The notes below the pieces were generated by a model that saw only the letters and a program-made list of their open reading frames with translations, searched no databases and was not told the DNA's origin. Of a DNA stretch of 64,000 nt, positions 54,687 through 63,842 are shown in pieces. Position 1 is the stretch's first letter. Each line of letters opens with the position of its first letter. The translations under genes and the position numbers were made by a program. This stretch comes from an uncultured Thermoplasmata archaeon (lineage in GTDB: Archaea > Thermoplasmatota > Thermoplasmata > Lutacidiplasmatales > UBA184): assembly GCA_963735185.1 (NCBI GenBank), contig CAVTJV010000007.1, positions 1,239,791-1,303,790 of the forward strand, in the 5' to 3' direction.

Positions 54687-55445
54687 CTACCGGGAGTTCG
54701 GACGGCGTTCGGGCGCACCGATGAACGGCATCCCCTGCACGCGGCGGGCCACGTCGGCCACGGGGAGGCGGCGGAGGTCGGTATCCGGTTCCAGAATCGC
54801 CACGTCCAGGGCTTCGGGTTGGAACGGGGTCGGGGAACCCTCGGCGACCGCCTGGACCGCGAGCTTGAACGCGGACTCCTCGGTCAGATGGTCGGGGAGC
54901 TTCTCTTCGAGGAAATCGGCGACCGCCCGGCGGTTCCGACCGATGGCGTACGCCTTCCAGCCGATCGTTGCGCCGCTAGGGTCGAGCTCGACCAGCCCCG
55001 GGGCCTTTCCGTCGAACCCACCGAGGAGGAGCGAGACCGCGAACGGGCGAGTACCCCCGAACTGGGTGTACTGCTGAAGGAGCGTGCCGAGCGCGTGACC
55101 GAGCAGGGTGAACGGAGGTGCCTCCCCGTACGTGAGCCGGTGGCGCTGGGCCTCGACCCGGAGGAACTCGACCAGCACGCGCGAGTCGGCGATCAGCCCG
55201 GCGGTGACGCATCCGAGCCCCTTGTCGATCGCGAAGCTCTTTTCGATCGACCCGGCCTCGGCGAGCGAGCTCACGGGAAGGTTGCGGTACGCGACGAAGA
55301 CGATCCCGGTATCGTAGGTCATCGCGACTGCGGTGCCTCCCATCTGGATCGCCTGGAGTGCATACTCGACCTGGAACAGTCGTCCGTCCGGCGAGAACAC
55401 CGTGCTGGCCCGGTCATACGCCATCTGGCCCGGTTGCATTTCCAT
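54687..55445 (-). CDS. psmA: Proteasome subunit alpha
   Basis: YDRASTVFSPDGRLFQVEYALQAI is the alpha-subunit N-terminal signature. The length is 252 aa. Confidence 0.9.
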   Translation of the reverse strand: MEMQPGQMAYDRASTVFSPDGRLFQVEYALQAIQMGGTAVAMTYDTGIVFVAYRNLPVSSLAEAGSIEKSFAIDKGLGCVTAGLIADSRVLVEFLRVEAQRHRLTYGEAPPFTLLGHALGTLLQQYTQFGGTRPFAVSLLLGGFDGKAPGLVELDPSGATIGWKAYAIGRNRRAVADFLEEKLPDHLTEESAFKLAVQAVAEGSPTPFQPEALDVAILEPDTDLRRLPVADVARRVQGMPFIGAPERRPNSR

Positions 55446-55636
55446 CGGCGACGTTCCTCCGCGAGTGAGGCGCTCAACCGGGTGGGGGATTTGAGCCTAC
55501 GCCTCACCCTCCCCCCGCCCCCACTTGGTGGCGAGAGGCCACCACGGGAACCGCGCGTCGCTGGCCCCGGGGCTCGCTCAGCGGGCCCCCCGGCACGGAA
55601 GAAACGCTTATCCTGAGCGGACCGGCTCCTCTCGCG

Positions 55637-56776
55637 ATGAACGCGAACGGCCTCCATCTTCTCCCGATGGCCTCGAGCCACCGAGGGCCGCTCTCGCCCG
55701 CGTGCACCCAGTGCGCGGAGGGTCGCAAGATGGTGTTGTTCGTCACGGGCCTCTGCCGGTTCCGGTGCTTCTACTGTCCGGTCTCCCCGACGCGCAACCA
55801 ACTGGACGTCGTCTACGCGGACGAGCGTCGGGTCCGGTCGGACGAGGACGTGCTCGAGGAAGCTCGCGCGATCGGTGCCTCCGGGACGGGGATCACCGGC
55901 GGGGACCCTCTCGGGGTCGTCGACCGGGTGGAGCATTACATCCGCCTCCTGAAGCACGAATTCGGGCCCGAGCACAACATCCACCTCTACACCCACGAGC
56001 CGAACCCGGAGAAGCTCGCCCGCCTCGCTCGCGCCGGGCTCGACGAGTTCCGCCTCCACATCCCCCACTATCTGTGGGGCCCCCTCGCGAGCGAGGGTGG
56101 GGCGTACCGCTCCGTCCTCGAGAGCGCCCCCGACTGGGGGGTCCGGCGGGGCGTAGAGATACCGGTCCTCCCCGACAAGGAGGCCGAGCTCCGCCGCCTC
56201 CTACGGACGCTCGACGCGATCGGGGTCGATTTCGTCAACCTGAACGAGCTCGAGTTCTCGGAGACCAACGAAGGAAAGATGCACGAGCGGAGCTACCGGG
56301 TCGACCCGCGCAACGGGTGGGGCGTGCGCGGCAGCCGCGCGGTCGCCGAGCGCTTGGTCCGGGAGGTTTCCCTCTCGATCCCCGTGCATTACTGCTCGTC
56401 CCGGTTCAAGGACGGGGTCCAACTGCGGCAGCGTCTCCTGCGCCGGGCCGACCGCACCGCTCCTACGTTCGCGCACCGCACCGAGGACGGGACGGTCATC
56501 CTCGGCATCGTCGAGGCGGACGCCCGCGTCAACCTCGACCGGTGGTCGGCACGGGTCGCCCGGCGGCTCGGCGCCGGACCCGCGGACTACCGAGTCGACG
56601 CGGACCGGCGCCGCGTCGAGGTCTCCCCGCTCACCTTGCGTCGGGCTGCCCGTCGGCTTCCCTGGGCCGCCTTCGAGGTGGAAGTGTATCCCACCGCGGA
56701 TGCCCTCGAGGTGGAGCGGACCCCGCTGAACGGAGCCGCCCGTACCAAGACGGACTTCGTTCTGGGCGGGACGTAA
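55637..56776 (+). CDS. Radical SAM protein (COG2108-like, PflA-related archaeal family)
   Basis: The cluster motif lies in the context LFVTGLCRFRCFYCPVS and is followed by GITGGDPL. Specific function is unknown. Confidence 0.75.
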   Translation: MNANGLHLLPMASSHRGPLSPACTQCAEGRKMVLFVTGLCRFRCFYCPVSPTRNQLDVVYADERRVRSDEDVLEEARAIGASGTGITGGDPLGVVDRVEHYIRLLKHEFGPEHNIHLYTHEPNPEKLARLARAGLDEFRLHIPHYLWGPLASEGGAYRSVLESAPDWGVRRGVEIPVLPDKEAELRRLLRTLDAIGVDFVNLNELEFSETNEGKMHERSYRVDPRNGWGVRGSRAVAERLVREVSLSIPVHYCSSRFKDGVQLRQRLLRRADRTAPTFAHRTEDGTVILGIVEADARVNLDRWSARVARRLGAGPADYRVDADRRRVEVSPLTLRRAARRLPWAAFEVEVYPTADALEVERTPLNGAARTKTDFVLGGT

Positions 56777-56946
56777 TCCTCGTCGCACTCGTGGCCCCCC
56801 CACGTAAGGTACCGTTCGTCCCCCCGGCGGTTCTTGATCGAGCACGGTCCCCACCCATCGTCCTCCGCGCCGTACCACATCGGGCAGTCCCGGCATCGCA
56901 GGGGCGGAGGGGTCGCCCCCGGCGCTCCGGGGTGGTGCCGGGTCAA
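56587..56946 (-). CDS. Small Cys-rich ORF (about 58-aa core) with run-on tail overlapping the radical SAM gene 3' end
   Basis: The core LRCRDCPMWYGAEDDGWGPCSIKNRRGDERYLTWGGHECDEDY exactly fills the gap between the folD stop and the rSAM stop and has high third-position GC. The TTG start overlaps the folD TGA. The tail beyond 56776 looks non-coding. Confidence 0.35.
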   Translation of the reverse strand: MTRHHPGAPGATPPPLRCRDCPMWYGAEDDGWGPCSIKNRRGDERYLTWGGHECDEDYVPPRTKSVLVRAAPFSGVRSTSRASAVGYTSTSKAAQGSRRAARRKVSGETSTRRRSASTR

Positions 56947-57833
56947 CGACGTTCCTCCACCCTCGAGAGCCGATACGCTTCGAGCGTGCTCGCCATCAAC
57001 TGGGCGACCGTCACCGGTCCGACGCCGCCGGGAACCGGCGTGACCCCCGCGGCCCAGCCGTCCAGCCCCGCGAAATCCGCGTCGCCCGTGGTCTTCGAGC
57101 TCCCCGGTCGGGCCGGGTCCGGCACGGTCGCAACGCCGACGTCGACCACATAGGCCCCCTCGGGAACGACGCCTCGGGTCAGCATCCCCGGACGCCCCAT
57201 GCAGGAGAATATCGTGCGGGCGTTCGCGAGGGTCCCCTTGAGGTCTCGGCTCCTCGAGTGAACGACCGTGACCGTGGCGTTGAGCCCGATCCCCTTCCCC
57301 GCGAGAAGGAGGGCGAGGGGAAGGCCGACCGTCTCAGACCGGCCGAGCACGACCACCCGCTCCCCTTCGATCGGGACCCGGTAGTGCCGAGCGATCGCGA
57401 CCGCGGCGAGCGCGACCGCCGGGACGTGAACGGGTGTCTGGGCGACCAGACGACCGAGGTTGGCCGTTCCGACCCCGTCAACGTCCTTCGCGGGCCGGAG
57501 CGTCGCGACCGCGCGGTAGAAGTCGAAGGGTGGGGGCAACGGATGCTCCAGGAGCACCGCATGAACGGCCGGGTCCCGGTCGAGGTCGGCGAGACGACGG
57601 GTGAGCTCCTCCGGTCCGTCGCCCGGGCGTAGGGGCTCGTCCCGGAACGAGATGCCGAGCGTGGCAGCCGCCTTCGCCTGACGTTTCAGGTAGAATCGGA
57701 ACGGGCTTTCCACGCCTCGGTGTACGCTCGCGAGGCACGGAGGGGATCCGCCCGCTGGGACCGACCGGACGGCCTCCCGGGTCGCTTCGTCGATCGCGTC
57801 CGCGACCGGCTTGCCCTCGAGCCGAACGGTCAT
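56943..57833 (-). CDS. folD: Bifunctional methylenetetrahydrofolate dehydrogenase/cyclohydrolase
   Basis: LEGKPVADAI..., ...YLKRQAKAAATLGI..., VVVLGRSETVGLPLALLL and the C-terminal VTPVPGGVGPVTVAQLM are FolD signatures. Confidence 0.9.
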   Translation of the reverse strand: MTVRLEGKPVADAIDEATREAVRSVPAGGSPPCLASVHRGVESPFRFYLKRQAKAAATLGISFRDEPLRPGDGPEELTRRLADLDRDPAVHAVLLEHPLPPPFDFYRAVATLRPAKDVDGVGTANLGRLVAQTPVHVPAVALAAVAIARHYRVPIEGERVVVLGRSETVGLPLALLLAGKGIGLNATVTVVHSRSRDLKGTLANARTIFSCMGRPGMLTRGVVPEGAYVVDVGVATVPDPARPGSSKTTGDADFAGLDGWAAGVTPVPGGVGPVTVAQLMASTLEAYRLSRVEERR

Positions 57834-58029
57834 CGCTCGCCCCCTCGGGGTCGAGCCCGGGACGGTAGATAACGGCCGACCCTGGCCGGGCGCGAGCCGG
57901 CCACCGGCAGGGAAAACGTTCGCCGAAACCAGGGTACTCCGGTTTCACTGGCCCTAAGGGCTTTATACGGACCCCCCCATGGATTCCTTGGCGCAACGGC
58001 CCCGGACCGTCGGGAACCGTGACGCCCCC

Positions 58030-60051
58030 ATGGGAGAAGGAACGGAACCACCGGCCGCCGGGACCCCTACGACTCCGCCGGCCAGCGAGCTAGAACAGTG
58101 GGCGCGGACCCTACCCTATACGTCGAGCGCCCAGGTGGAGGTGCCGCCGCGGCTCCTGGACCAGGTGATCGGTCAGGACGACGCCGTCGAGGTAGCGCAC
58201 AAGGCCGCGACCCAGAAGCGGCACATGATGCTGATCGGCGACCCCGGAACGGGCAAGAGCATGCTCGCTCGCGCGATGGTCGACTTCCTCCCCAAGGAGC
58301 AGCTCCAGGACATCCTCGCCTACTCCAACGCCGATGACCCGAACGAGCCGAAGATCCGGGTCGTCCCCGCCGGGAAGGGAAAGGAGATCGTCGCCGCCCA
58401 GAAGATCGAGGCGGCCCAGAAGAAGGAGCAGCGGAACATCCTGTTCGTCGTCATCGCCATCCTGGTGATGGCGTTCACCCTGTACATCGTCATCGTCGAC
58501 AAGGACCTGACGGCGATCCTGGTCGGCGTCCTCATCGTGCTCATCATCTGGGTGCTCGCCCGCTTCACCGGTGGACGCTCCGATACCGGAAACGCGGTCG
58601 CGAAGCTCCTCGTCTCCCATACTCCCGACGAGAAGCCTCCGTTCGTGGACGCCACGGGAGCGCACGCCGGCGCCCTCCTCGGGGACGTGAAGCACGACCC
58701 ATTCCAGTCGGGCGGCCTCGAGACCCCCCCGCACGAGCGCGTCGAGGTCGGAGCAATCCACAAGGCGAACGGCGGGGTGCTTTTCCTCGACGAGATCAAC
58801 CTGCTCAAGATCGAGAGCCAGCACTCGCTGCTGACCGCGCTCCAGGAACGCAAGTTCCCGATCGTCGGTCAGTCCGAGCGCTCCGCGGGGGCGATGGTCA
58901 AGACCGAGCCGGTCCCCTCCGACTTCGTCTTGGTCGCCGCGGGCAACGTCGACAGCGTGCAGACGATGCACCCGGCGCTGCGCTCGCGCATCCGGGGCTA
59001 CGGGTACGAGCTCTACGTCAAGACCACGATGCCCGACACGCCCGACAACCGGCTGAAGCTCGTCCGATTCATCGCCCAGGAGGTTGTGAAGGACAAGAAG
59101 ATCCCGCACTTCGACCTCGGGGCGATGGTCGAGGTCATCCGCGAGGCTCAGCGCCGGTCGGGCCGCTCGGGCCAGCTGACGCTGCGCCTTCGCGAGCTCG
59201 GCGGCCTCGTCCGCGTCGCGGGCGACATCGCGCTCTCGGACGGCCTCTCCGTCGTCCACGCCGAGCAGGTCGTGAAGGCGAAGCGGGCGGCCCGCTCCCT
59301 CGAGCAGCAGATCGCCGACCGCTACGTGGAGCGCCGCAAGGAGTACCACATGTTCACGACCGAGGGCTCCGCCGTCGGGGTCGTGAACGGGCTGGCGGCG
59401 ATCAACGCCCAGACCGGCATGGCTGAATTCTCGGGGATCGTCCTCCCGATCGTGGCCGAGGTCACCCCGGCGCAGACGCGGAACGGGGGGGTCGTGGTCG
59501 CCACCGGCAAGCTGGGAGAGATCGCGCGCGAGGCGGTCCAGAACGTCAGCGCGCTCATCAAGAAGTACACGGGCGAGGACATCTCCCGCTACGACATCCA
59601 CATCCAGTTCGTCGGGACGTCCGACGGGGTCGAGGGCGACAGCGCCTCGGTCTCAATCGCGACGGCCGTCATCAGCGCCCTCGAGGGCGTGCCCGTCGAC
59701 CAATCGGTCGCGATGACCGGGTCGCTCTCGGTCCGGGGCCAGGTGCTCCCCGTGGGCGGCGTCACCGCGAAGGTCGAGGCGGCGGCGGACTCGGGCATCA
59801 AGCGCGTGCTCGTGCCCGAGGAGAACCTGGACGACCTCGTGCTCGAATCCAAGTACCGTGGCATGGTCGAGGTCATTCCGGTCTCCACGCTGCGGGACGT
59901 GCTCAAGTACGCCCTGGTCGGCCAGGGGACCCAGAAGGAGTCGCTTCTCGAACGTCTTTCCGCGATGGTCCGCGCGACAGGCCGTTCCTCGGAGGAGATC
60001 CCCTCGCCCGTACCGCCGACCGCCGCTCCGGCTCGGCCCACCGGTTCGTGA
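58030..60051 (+). CDS. lonB: Archaeal membrane-anchored Lon protease (LonB)
   Basis: The AAA+ Walker A is [16 protein letters not shown]. Two TM helices are inserted in the ATPase domain ([35 protein letters not shown]). The protease motif is [21 protein letters not shown] 58030 is preferred because CTTTATAC at 57961 is too close to ATG 57979. Confidence 0.9.
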   Translation: MGEGTEPPAAGTPTTPPASELEQWARTLPYTSSAQVEVPPRLLDQVIGQDDAVEVAHKAATQKRHMMLIGDPGTGKSMLARAMVDFLPKEQLQDILAYSNADDPNEPKIRVVPAGKGKEIVAAQKIEAAQKKEQRNILFVVIAILVMAFTLYIVIVDKDLTAILVGVLIVLIIWVLARFTGGRSDTGNAVAKLLVSHTPDEKPPFVDATGAHAGALLGDVKHDPFQSGGLETPPHERVEVGAIHKANGGVLFLDEINLLKIESQHSLLTALQERKFPIVGQSERSAGAMVKTEPVPSDFVLVAAGNVDSVQTMHPALRSRIRGYGYELYVKTTMPDTPDNRLKLVRFIAQEVVKDKKIPHFDLGAMVEVIREAQRRSGRSGQLTLRLRELGGLVRVAGDIALSDGLSVVHAEQVVKAKRAARSLEQQIADRYVERRKEYHMFTTEGSAVGVVNGLAAINAQTGMAEFSGIVLPIVAEVTPAQTRNGGVVVATGKLGEIAREAVQNVSALIKKYTGEDISRYDIHIQFVGTSDGVEGDSASVSIATAVISALEGVPVDQSVAMTGSLSVRGQVLPVGGVTAKVEAAADSGIKRVLVPEENLDDLVLESKYRGMVEVIPVSTLRDVLKYALVGQGTQKESLLERLSAMVRATGRSSEEIPSPVPPTAAPARPTGS

Positions 60052-60293
60052 GAGGCTCGTTCCGCGTCCCGGCGCACGGGCCGGTGGTCTCTCGGCCGTT
60101 CCCCGCGTCCTCGACCTTCGAAGAGGAGGAGGACGTCGACCGGTTCGTCAACCGCCCGTGCTACGAGTTCAACGACGACCTCACCAGCGCCTGGAACGAC
60201 CGCCACTGCGCGCATTGCCGCCATTACCTGACCGCCCGCTGCCCGCACATCGATGAGTTCCTCGACGACGTGGAGGATTTGACCCCCGAGTGA
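60048..60293 (+). CDS. Small acidic Cys/His-rich protein, translationally coupled to lonB
   Basis: The GTG overlaps the lonB TGA (GTGA). Third-position GC is very high. The core is [35 protein letters not shown]. Confidence 0.5.
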   Translation: MRGSFRVPAHGPVVSRPFPASSTFEEEEDVDRFVNRPCYEFNDDLTSAWNDRHCAHCRHYLTARCPHIDEFLDDVEDLTPE

Positions 60294-60306
60294 TATCGGC
60301 GGACCC

Positions 60307-60843
60307 GTGCGCGCTCTTCTCATCGGCCGATTCCAACCGTTCCACCGGGGCCACCTCGAGGTCGTCCGCCAGATCCGGGCCGACCGCCCGACCGCGTCCC
60401 TCGTGATCGGCGTCGGCAGCGCCCAGGAGTCGTTCACGTGGGAGAACCCGTTCACCGCGGGCGAGCGGCTCGAGATGATCGGGCTGGCCCTCGACGAGGC
60501 GAAGGTGAAGGAGACGGTCTTCGTGCCGATTCTGGACATCTCCCGCCACGCCCTCTGGGTGGATTATCTCGAGTCCCTGCTGCCGACGTTCGACTCGGTC
60601 TACACCAACAACCCGCTCACCCGCCTCCTTTTCGAGCGGTCCGGCTACCAAGTAGAGAGCTCTCCTCTCTTCGACCGGGCCCGTTACGAGGGGGTCCGGA
60701 TCCGCGAACAGCTGGCGGCGGGCGCCGGATGGAAGGACGCGGTGCCCCCGGCCGTGGCCACGTACCTCGAGGAGATCGGGGCGCCGACGCGCCTTCGGGT
60801 CCTGAAACCGACGACGAGCCCGACGGGCCGGGGCCTCACGTGA
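60307..60843 (+). CDS. nadM: Nicotinamide-nucleotide adenylyltransferase (archaeal NMNAT)
   Basis: The (H/T)xGH motif lies in the context RALLIGRFQPFHRGHLEVVRQI. The text ...ENPFTAGERLEMI... follows. The length is about 178 aa. Confidence 0.85.
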   Translation: MRALLIGRFQPFHRGHLEVVRQIRADRPTASLVIGVGSAQESFTWENPFTAGERLEMIGLALDEAKVKETVFVPILDISRHALWVDYLESLLPTFDSVYTNNPLTRLLFERSGYQVESSPLFDRARYEGVRIREQLAAGAGWKDAVPPAVATYLEEIGAPTRLRVLKPTTSPTGRGLT

Positions 60844-62070
60844 CCGAAGCGGCGGACTCCCAGGACCCGGGCCTTCGCCCCCGGCCTCGTTTCGACCCCC
60901 TCCCCGAGTGGGCGGGGCCGTCGACCCGCCTCGTTCACGGAGCGCGCCGCCCCGAGTACAACGCGGGCGCGGTCGTCCCGCCGATCTACCAATCGACCAC
61001 GTACCACTTCCCGTCGGAATTCTCCGAAGCGGCCGACCGGGGGGGCCTCTACCTCTACAGCCGCCTCGCGAACCCGACGGTCGAAGTCCCGGCAGAGCTC
61101 CTTCGTCAGCTCGAGGGCGGCGAGGCGGCCCGACTCTTCGGGTCCGGGATGGGGGCGTTCACGAGCCTCGTGCTCTCCCTCGTCCAGTCCGGGGACGAGG
61201 TGGTCGCGCTCGACGTGCTGTACGGCGGGACGTTGAGTGTTCTGGCCGACGTGCTGCCGCGGTTCGGCGTCTCGGTCCGGTTCGTGAGCGAACCCGAGGC
61301 CCGGGAGCCCGAGGCGGTCCTCTCGTCCAAGACCCGGCTCGCGGTGATTGAGAGCCCCACGAACCCTCTGCTCACGGTCCACGACATCGCCCGCTGGGGA
61401 AGGGCCGCCGACGCGGTCGGAGCGATCCTGGTCGTCGACAACACGTTCGCGACCCCCATCAACCAGAACCCGCTCGCGCTCGGCGCGGACCTGGTGTTCC
61501 ACAGCGCCACGAAGTATCTCGGCGGCCACAGCGACCTCGTCGCGGGCGGAGTGGTCGGCCCGAAGGACCTCCTTTCCCGGATCGATGCGAAGGGGGACTT
61601 CGGCTCGTCGCTCGACCCGTTCGCCGCTTATCTCCTGGGACGGAGCTTGAAGACGCTTGCGCTGCGCGTCGCACGCCACAACGAGAACGGCCGGCGTGTC
61701 GCAGACGCCCTGACCGCGCACCCCCTCGGTACGGCGGGTGTACTGCCCCGGCCGGGCGAGCGCCGAGGAGGAGGCCATTGCGTCCCGCCAGATGCGGGGC
61801 AGGGGGGGCATGGTCACGGTCTCCTTGAACGGTGGGGCCGAACTCGCCGAACGGTTCTTGCGACGGCTCCGGTTCGTCCATGTAGCCTCCAGTCTAGGAG
61901 GGGTCGACAGCCTCGCGAGCGTGCCGGGGCTCACCTCGCACCGACATCTCCCTCCCGAGGAGCGAGCGCGCCGGGGGATCGACGATGGGCTCATCCGGTT
62001 CTCGTTTGGCATCGAGGACCCCGAAGACCTCGTCCGCGACCTGACCGAAGCGCTCGACTCGCTCCGCTGA
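60840..62070 (+). pseudogene. Cys/Met-metabolism PLP enzyme (cystathionine gamma-synthase/lyase, O-acylhomoserine sulfhydrylase family), interrupted by an apparent +1 frameshift near 61714-61737
   Basis: Frame 0 from GTG 60840 gives ...PPIYQSTTYHF...YSRLANPT...SGMGAF...IESPTNPLL...VVDNTFATP...HSATKYLGGHSD...RHNENGRRVADALTAHPL and then turns to junk. Frame +1 continues VYCPGRASAEEEAIASRQMRGRGGMVTVSL...ASSLGGVDSLASVPGLTSH...GIDDGLIRFSFGIEDPEDL. Deleting 1 nt restores a full-length family member. Confidence 0.7.
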
Positions 62071-62085
62071 GCCCGCGCCGCCACC

Positions 62086-62092
62086 ATTATAG
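62086..62092 (+). promoter_or_regulatory. TATA-like box (ATTATAG) for tRNA-Thr
   Basis: Its centre lies about 31 nt upstream of the tRNA 5' end at 62120. Confidence 0.45.
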
Positions 62093-62119
62093 GGCGATTC
62101 CCATCGACCGTACGTTCAC

Positions 62120-62193
62120 GCCACTGTAGCTCAGTTTGGCAGAGCGGCTGATTCGTAATCAGCAGGTCGGGGGTTCAAGTCCCTCCAGTGGCT
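62120..62193 (+). tRNA. tRNA-Thr (anticodon CGU)
   Basis: GCCACTG-TA-GCTC-AGTTTGGCA-GAGC-G-GCTGA-TTCGTAA-TCAGC-AGGTC-GGGGG-TTCAAGT-CCCTC-CAGTGGC-T folds as a cloverleaf. An ATTATAG box lies about 31 nt upstream. There is no encoded CCA. Confidence 0.9.
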
Positions 62194-62535
62194 TGCAAGA
62201 ACCGGTCTGCGACGCCGCTCGCGGCCCGCGTTCCCGGTCCGTGTGCCTCGGCGAATGGCTCAATCGGGGCGTTTAGACATCCCCCAGAGACAGATTGGCC
62301 GGGCGCTTGGAATGACCCTCGCACCGTGCCAACGTGCCCCTGGATGGAACGCGCGCGCGGTAAACGGCCATCCGCGAGAAGCGCAGGAGGACAGCGCGCG
62401 CCGCCTCGGATTTAGGTTGATGTCCCCCCCTCCGCGGGTGGCCTCGTCTTCCACCAGGGCCGCAGCCATGGCTGCGATGCGCGCCTTTACTACCCCCTTG
62501 AGGATAGGTGAAGAGAGTCCGCCCGGAGGACGACG

Positions 62536-62769
62536 ATGGCAGAAACGAGAGGTGCGAAGGTACGAGCAGACTTGGCGAAGGAAAAGAAGGCGATCGAAGC
62601 TTGGGCAACGAAAGAAAAGCGATCGATCGAAGCGTGGGCGACGAAGGAAAGGGCGAAGGGTCAGAAGAACGAGAAGGAGATCGCCGCGCGGGCGAGGGCG
62701 CTCAAGCAGCGGCTCGTTGCCAAGGAGAAGAAGCTCGTCTCGGACCTGAAGCGGAAGCGCAAGAAATAG
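62536..62769 (+). CDS. Small Lys/Glu-rich protein with internal 11-aa tandem repeat, hypothetical
   Basis: The 77-aa sequence is MAETRGAKVRADLAKEKKAIEAWATKEKRSIEAWATKERAKGQKNEK...KRKRKK. The DNA carries a 33-nt imperfect direct repeat (about 62590-62618 vs 62623-62651). It lies in a lower-GC patch. Confidence 0.45.
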   Translation: MAETRGAKVRADLAKEKKAIEAWATKEKRSIEAWATKERAKGQKNEKEIAARARALKQRLVAKEKKLVSDLKRKRKK

Positions 62770-62844
62770 TCCGGGCGACGAGCTGCGCCCGCTGCGGCGC
62801 TGCGAAGATCGCGCGGGTCCGATGCCCAGCCGCGAGAAGCGTGC

Positions 62845-63300
62845 GGGACCGTAGGGTCGACGCGAGGTCGCGTCCCGAGCGGGAACGCCCCCTTCCGAAC
62901 CCGAGAGTCAGCGAGGAAAGTCATCCTTGGGACCTGCGGACTTGGACCCCCAGTTCAGGTCCTTGCCGTGGTTTAGGGACCCTCGTGGACCGAGAGCAAA
63001 TGGCGCGCTCGGCCGCACGAAGGTGATTCCTCATCGGAAACCGTAGGGAAGATCCCCGCGGCGTTCCGCGGGCCGTCCCGGCGGGCTGAGGATTAGTTCG
63101 GTGAAGGGGTTGGGCGCGGCAGGGGCCGGGGGATAGCCTAGCCGCCGCGCCGGGGGCGGTTTCAGTTCCTCGGACCTACGGCGAGAGGATCACCTAGTCG
63201 ATGACGTGAATGACCCCGTTGCTCGCCTCGATGAATGGAAGCCGGTGGAACCGCGGACGGACGACCTACCCCCTCCTCCCCCATCCGAACCCCAGTAGGG
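62845..63300 (+). ncRNA. rnpB: RNase P RNA (archaeal type A-like); ends approximate
   Basis: Four conserved core strings occur in the canonical order: GAGGAAAGTC 62913-62922 (CR-I/P4 5' strand), GAGAGCAAA 62992-63000, GGTGAAGGGG 63100-63109 and CCTCGATGAATGG 63226-63238. Nested GC helices are present: 63041-63047/63175-63181, hairpin 63055-63072, and 63113-63120/63144-63151. No credible ORF covers the region. Confidence 0.6.
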
Positions 63301-63419
63301 GAAGGGCCGCGGGGCCAGAGCCAACCCCTTCCCCCTCCGTCCGAGGGATCACCGGGGCCGTTGCCTTGCGCGGCCGATAGCGTGGCGTGCGCCGAGTTCC
63401 GCCGGGAGGAGTCGGCGGG

Positions 63420-63827
63420 TCATGACTTACCCGAGCAAGAACGGAGCCGACGGTCCGCTTCCGCGTCGGTGATCCCTTCCGCGGACAGCAGTTTCGAGCG
63501 GGAGGAACCCGCCTGGAGCCATTGGACCGAGGAGCGAGGCAACCGCAGCCAGTCCGCCATCATCTCCGCCACGGCCCGGTTGGCCTCGCCGCCCGTGGGC
63601 CGGGCGCGACAGGAGACGGTCCAGCACTTTCGCCACGCGTCCCAATCGAGCGCGTCCGTCGCACTGCCGGCCTTGACCCAGAGCCGGATCCGCGCCACAG
63701 GTCCTCCTCCCACCGAGAAGACCGCCTCCTCTCGGACATCTACTTTGTGACCCCTACCTCGGAAACGCGCCCGGGGAGGCCGTTCGGGGGTTCGATAGGT
63801 TTTCAAAGGAGGGCCACGCGTCTCCAA
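63420..63827 (-). CDS. DUF167 (YggU/UPF0235) family protein
   Basis: IRLWVKAGSATDALD...WTVSCRARPTGGEANRAVAEMMADWLRLPRSSVQWLQAGSSRSKLLSAEG matches the DUF167 pattern (...P.xGxAN...L...G.xSRxK). The true start is probably internal. Confidence 0.65.
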   Translation of the reverse strand: METRGPPLKTYRTPERPPRARFRGRGHKVDVREEAVFSVGGGPVARIRLWVKAGSATDALDWDAWRKCWTVSCRARPTGGEANRAVAEMMADWLRLPRSSVQWLQAGSSRSKLLSAEGITDAEADRRLRSCSGKS

Positions 63828-63842
63828 AGAGGGTAGTCGCGG

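Noticed and set aside
62194-62535. Spacer after tRNA-Thr, considered as 7S/SRP RNA or an integration scar
   Set aside because: No SRP motifs are present. I saw no direct repeat of the tRNA 3' end and no integrase or recombinase gene. The overlapping track ORFs there look like shadow frames.
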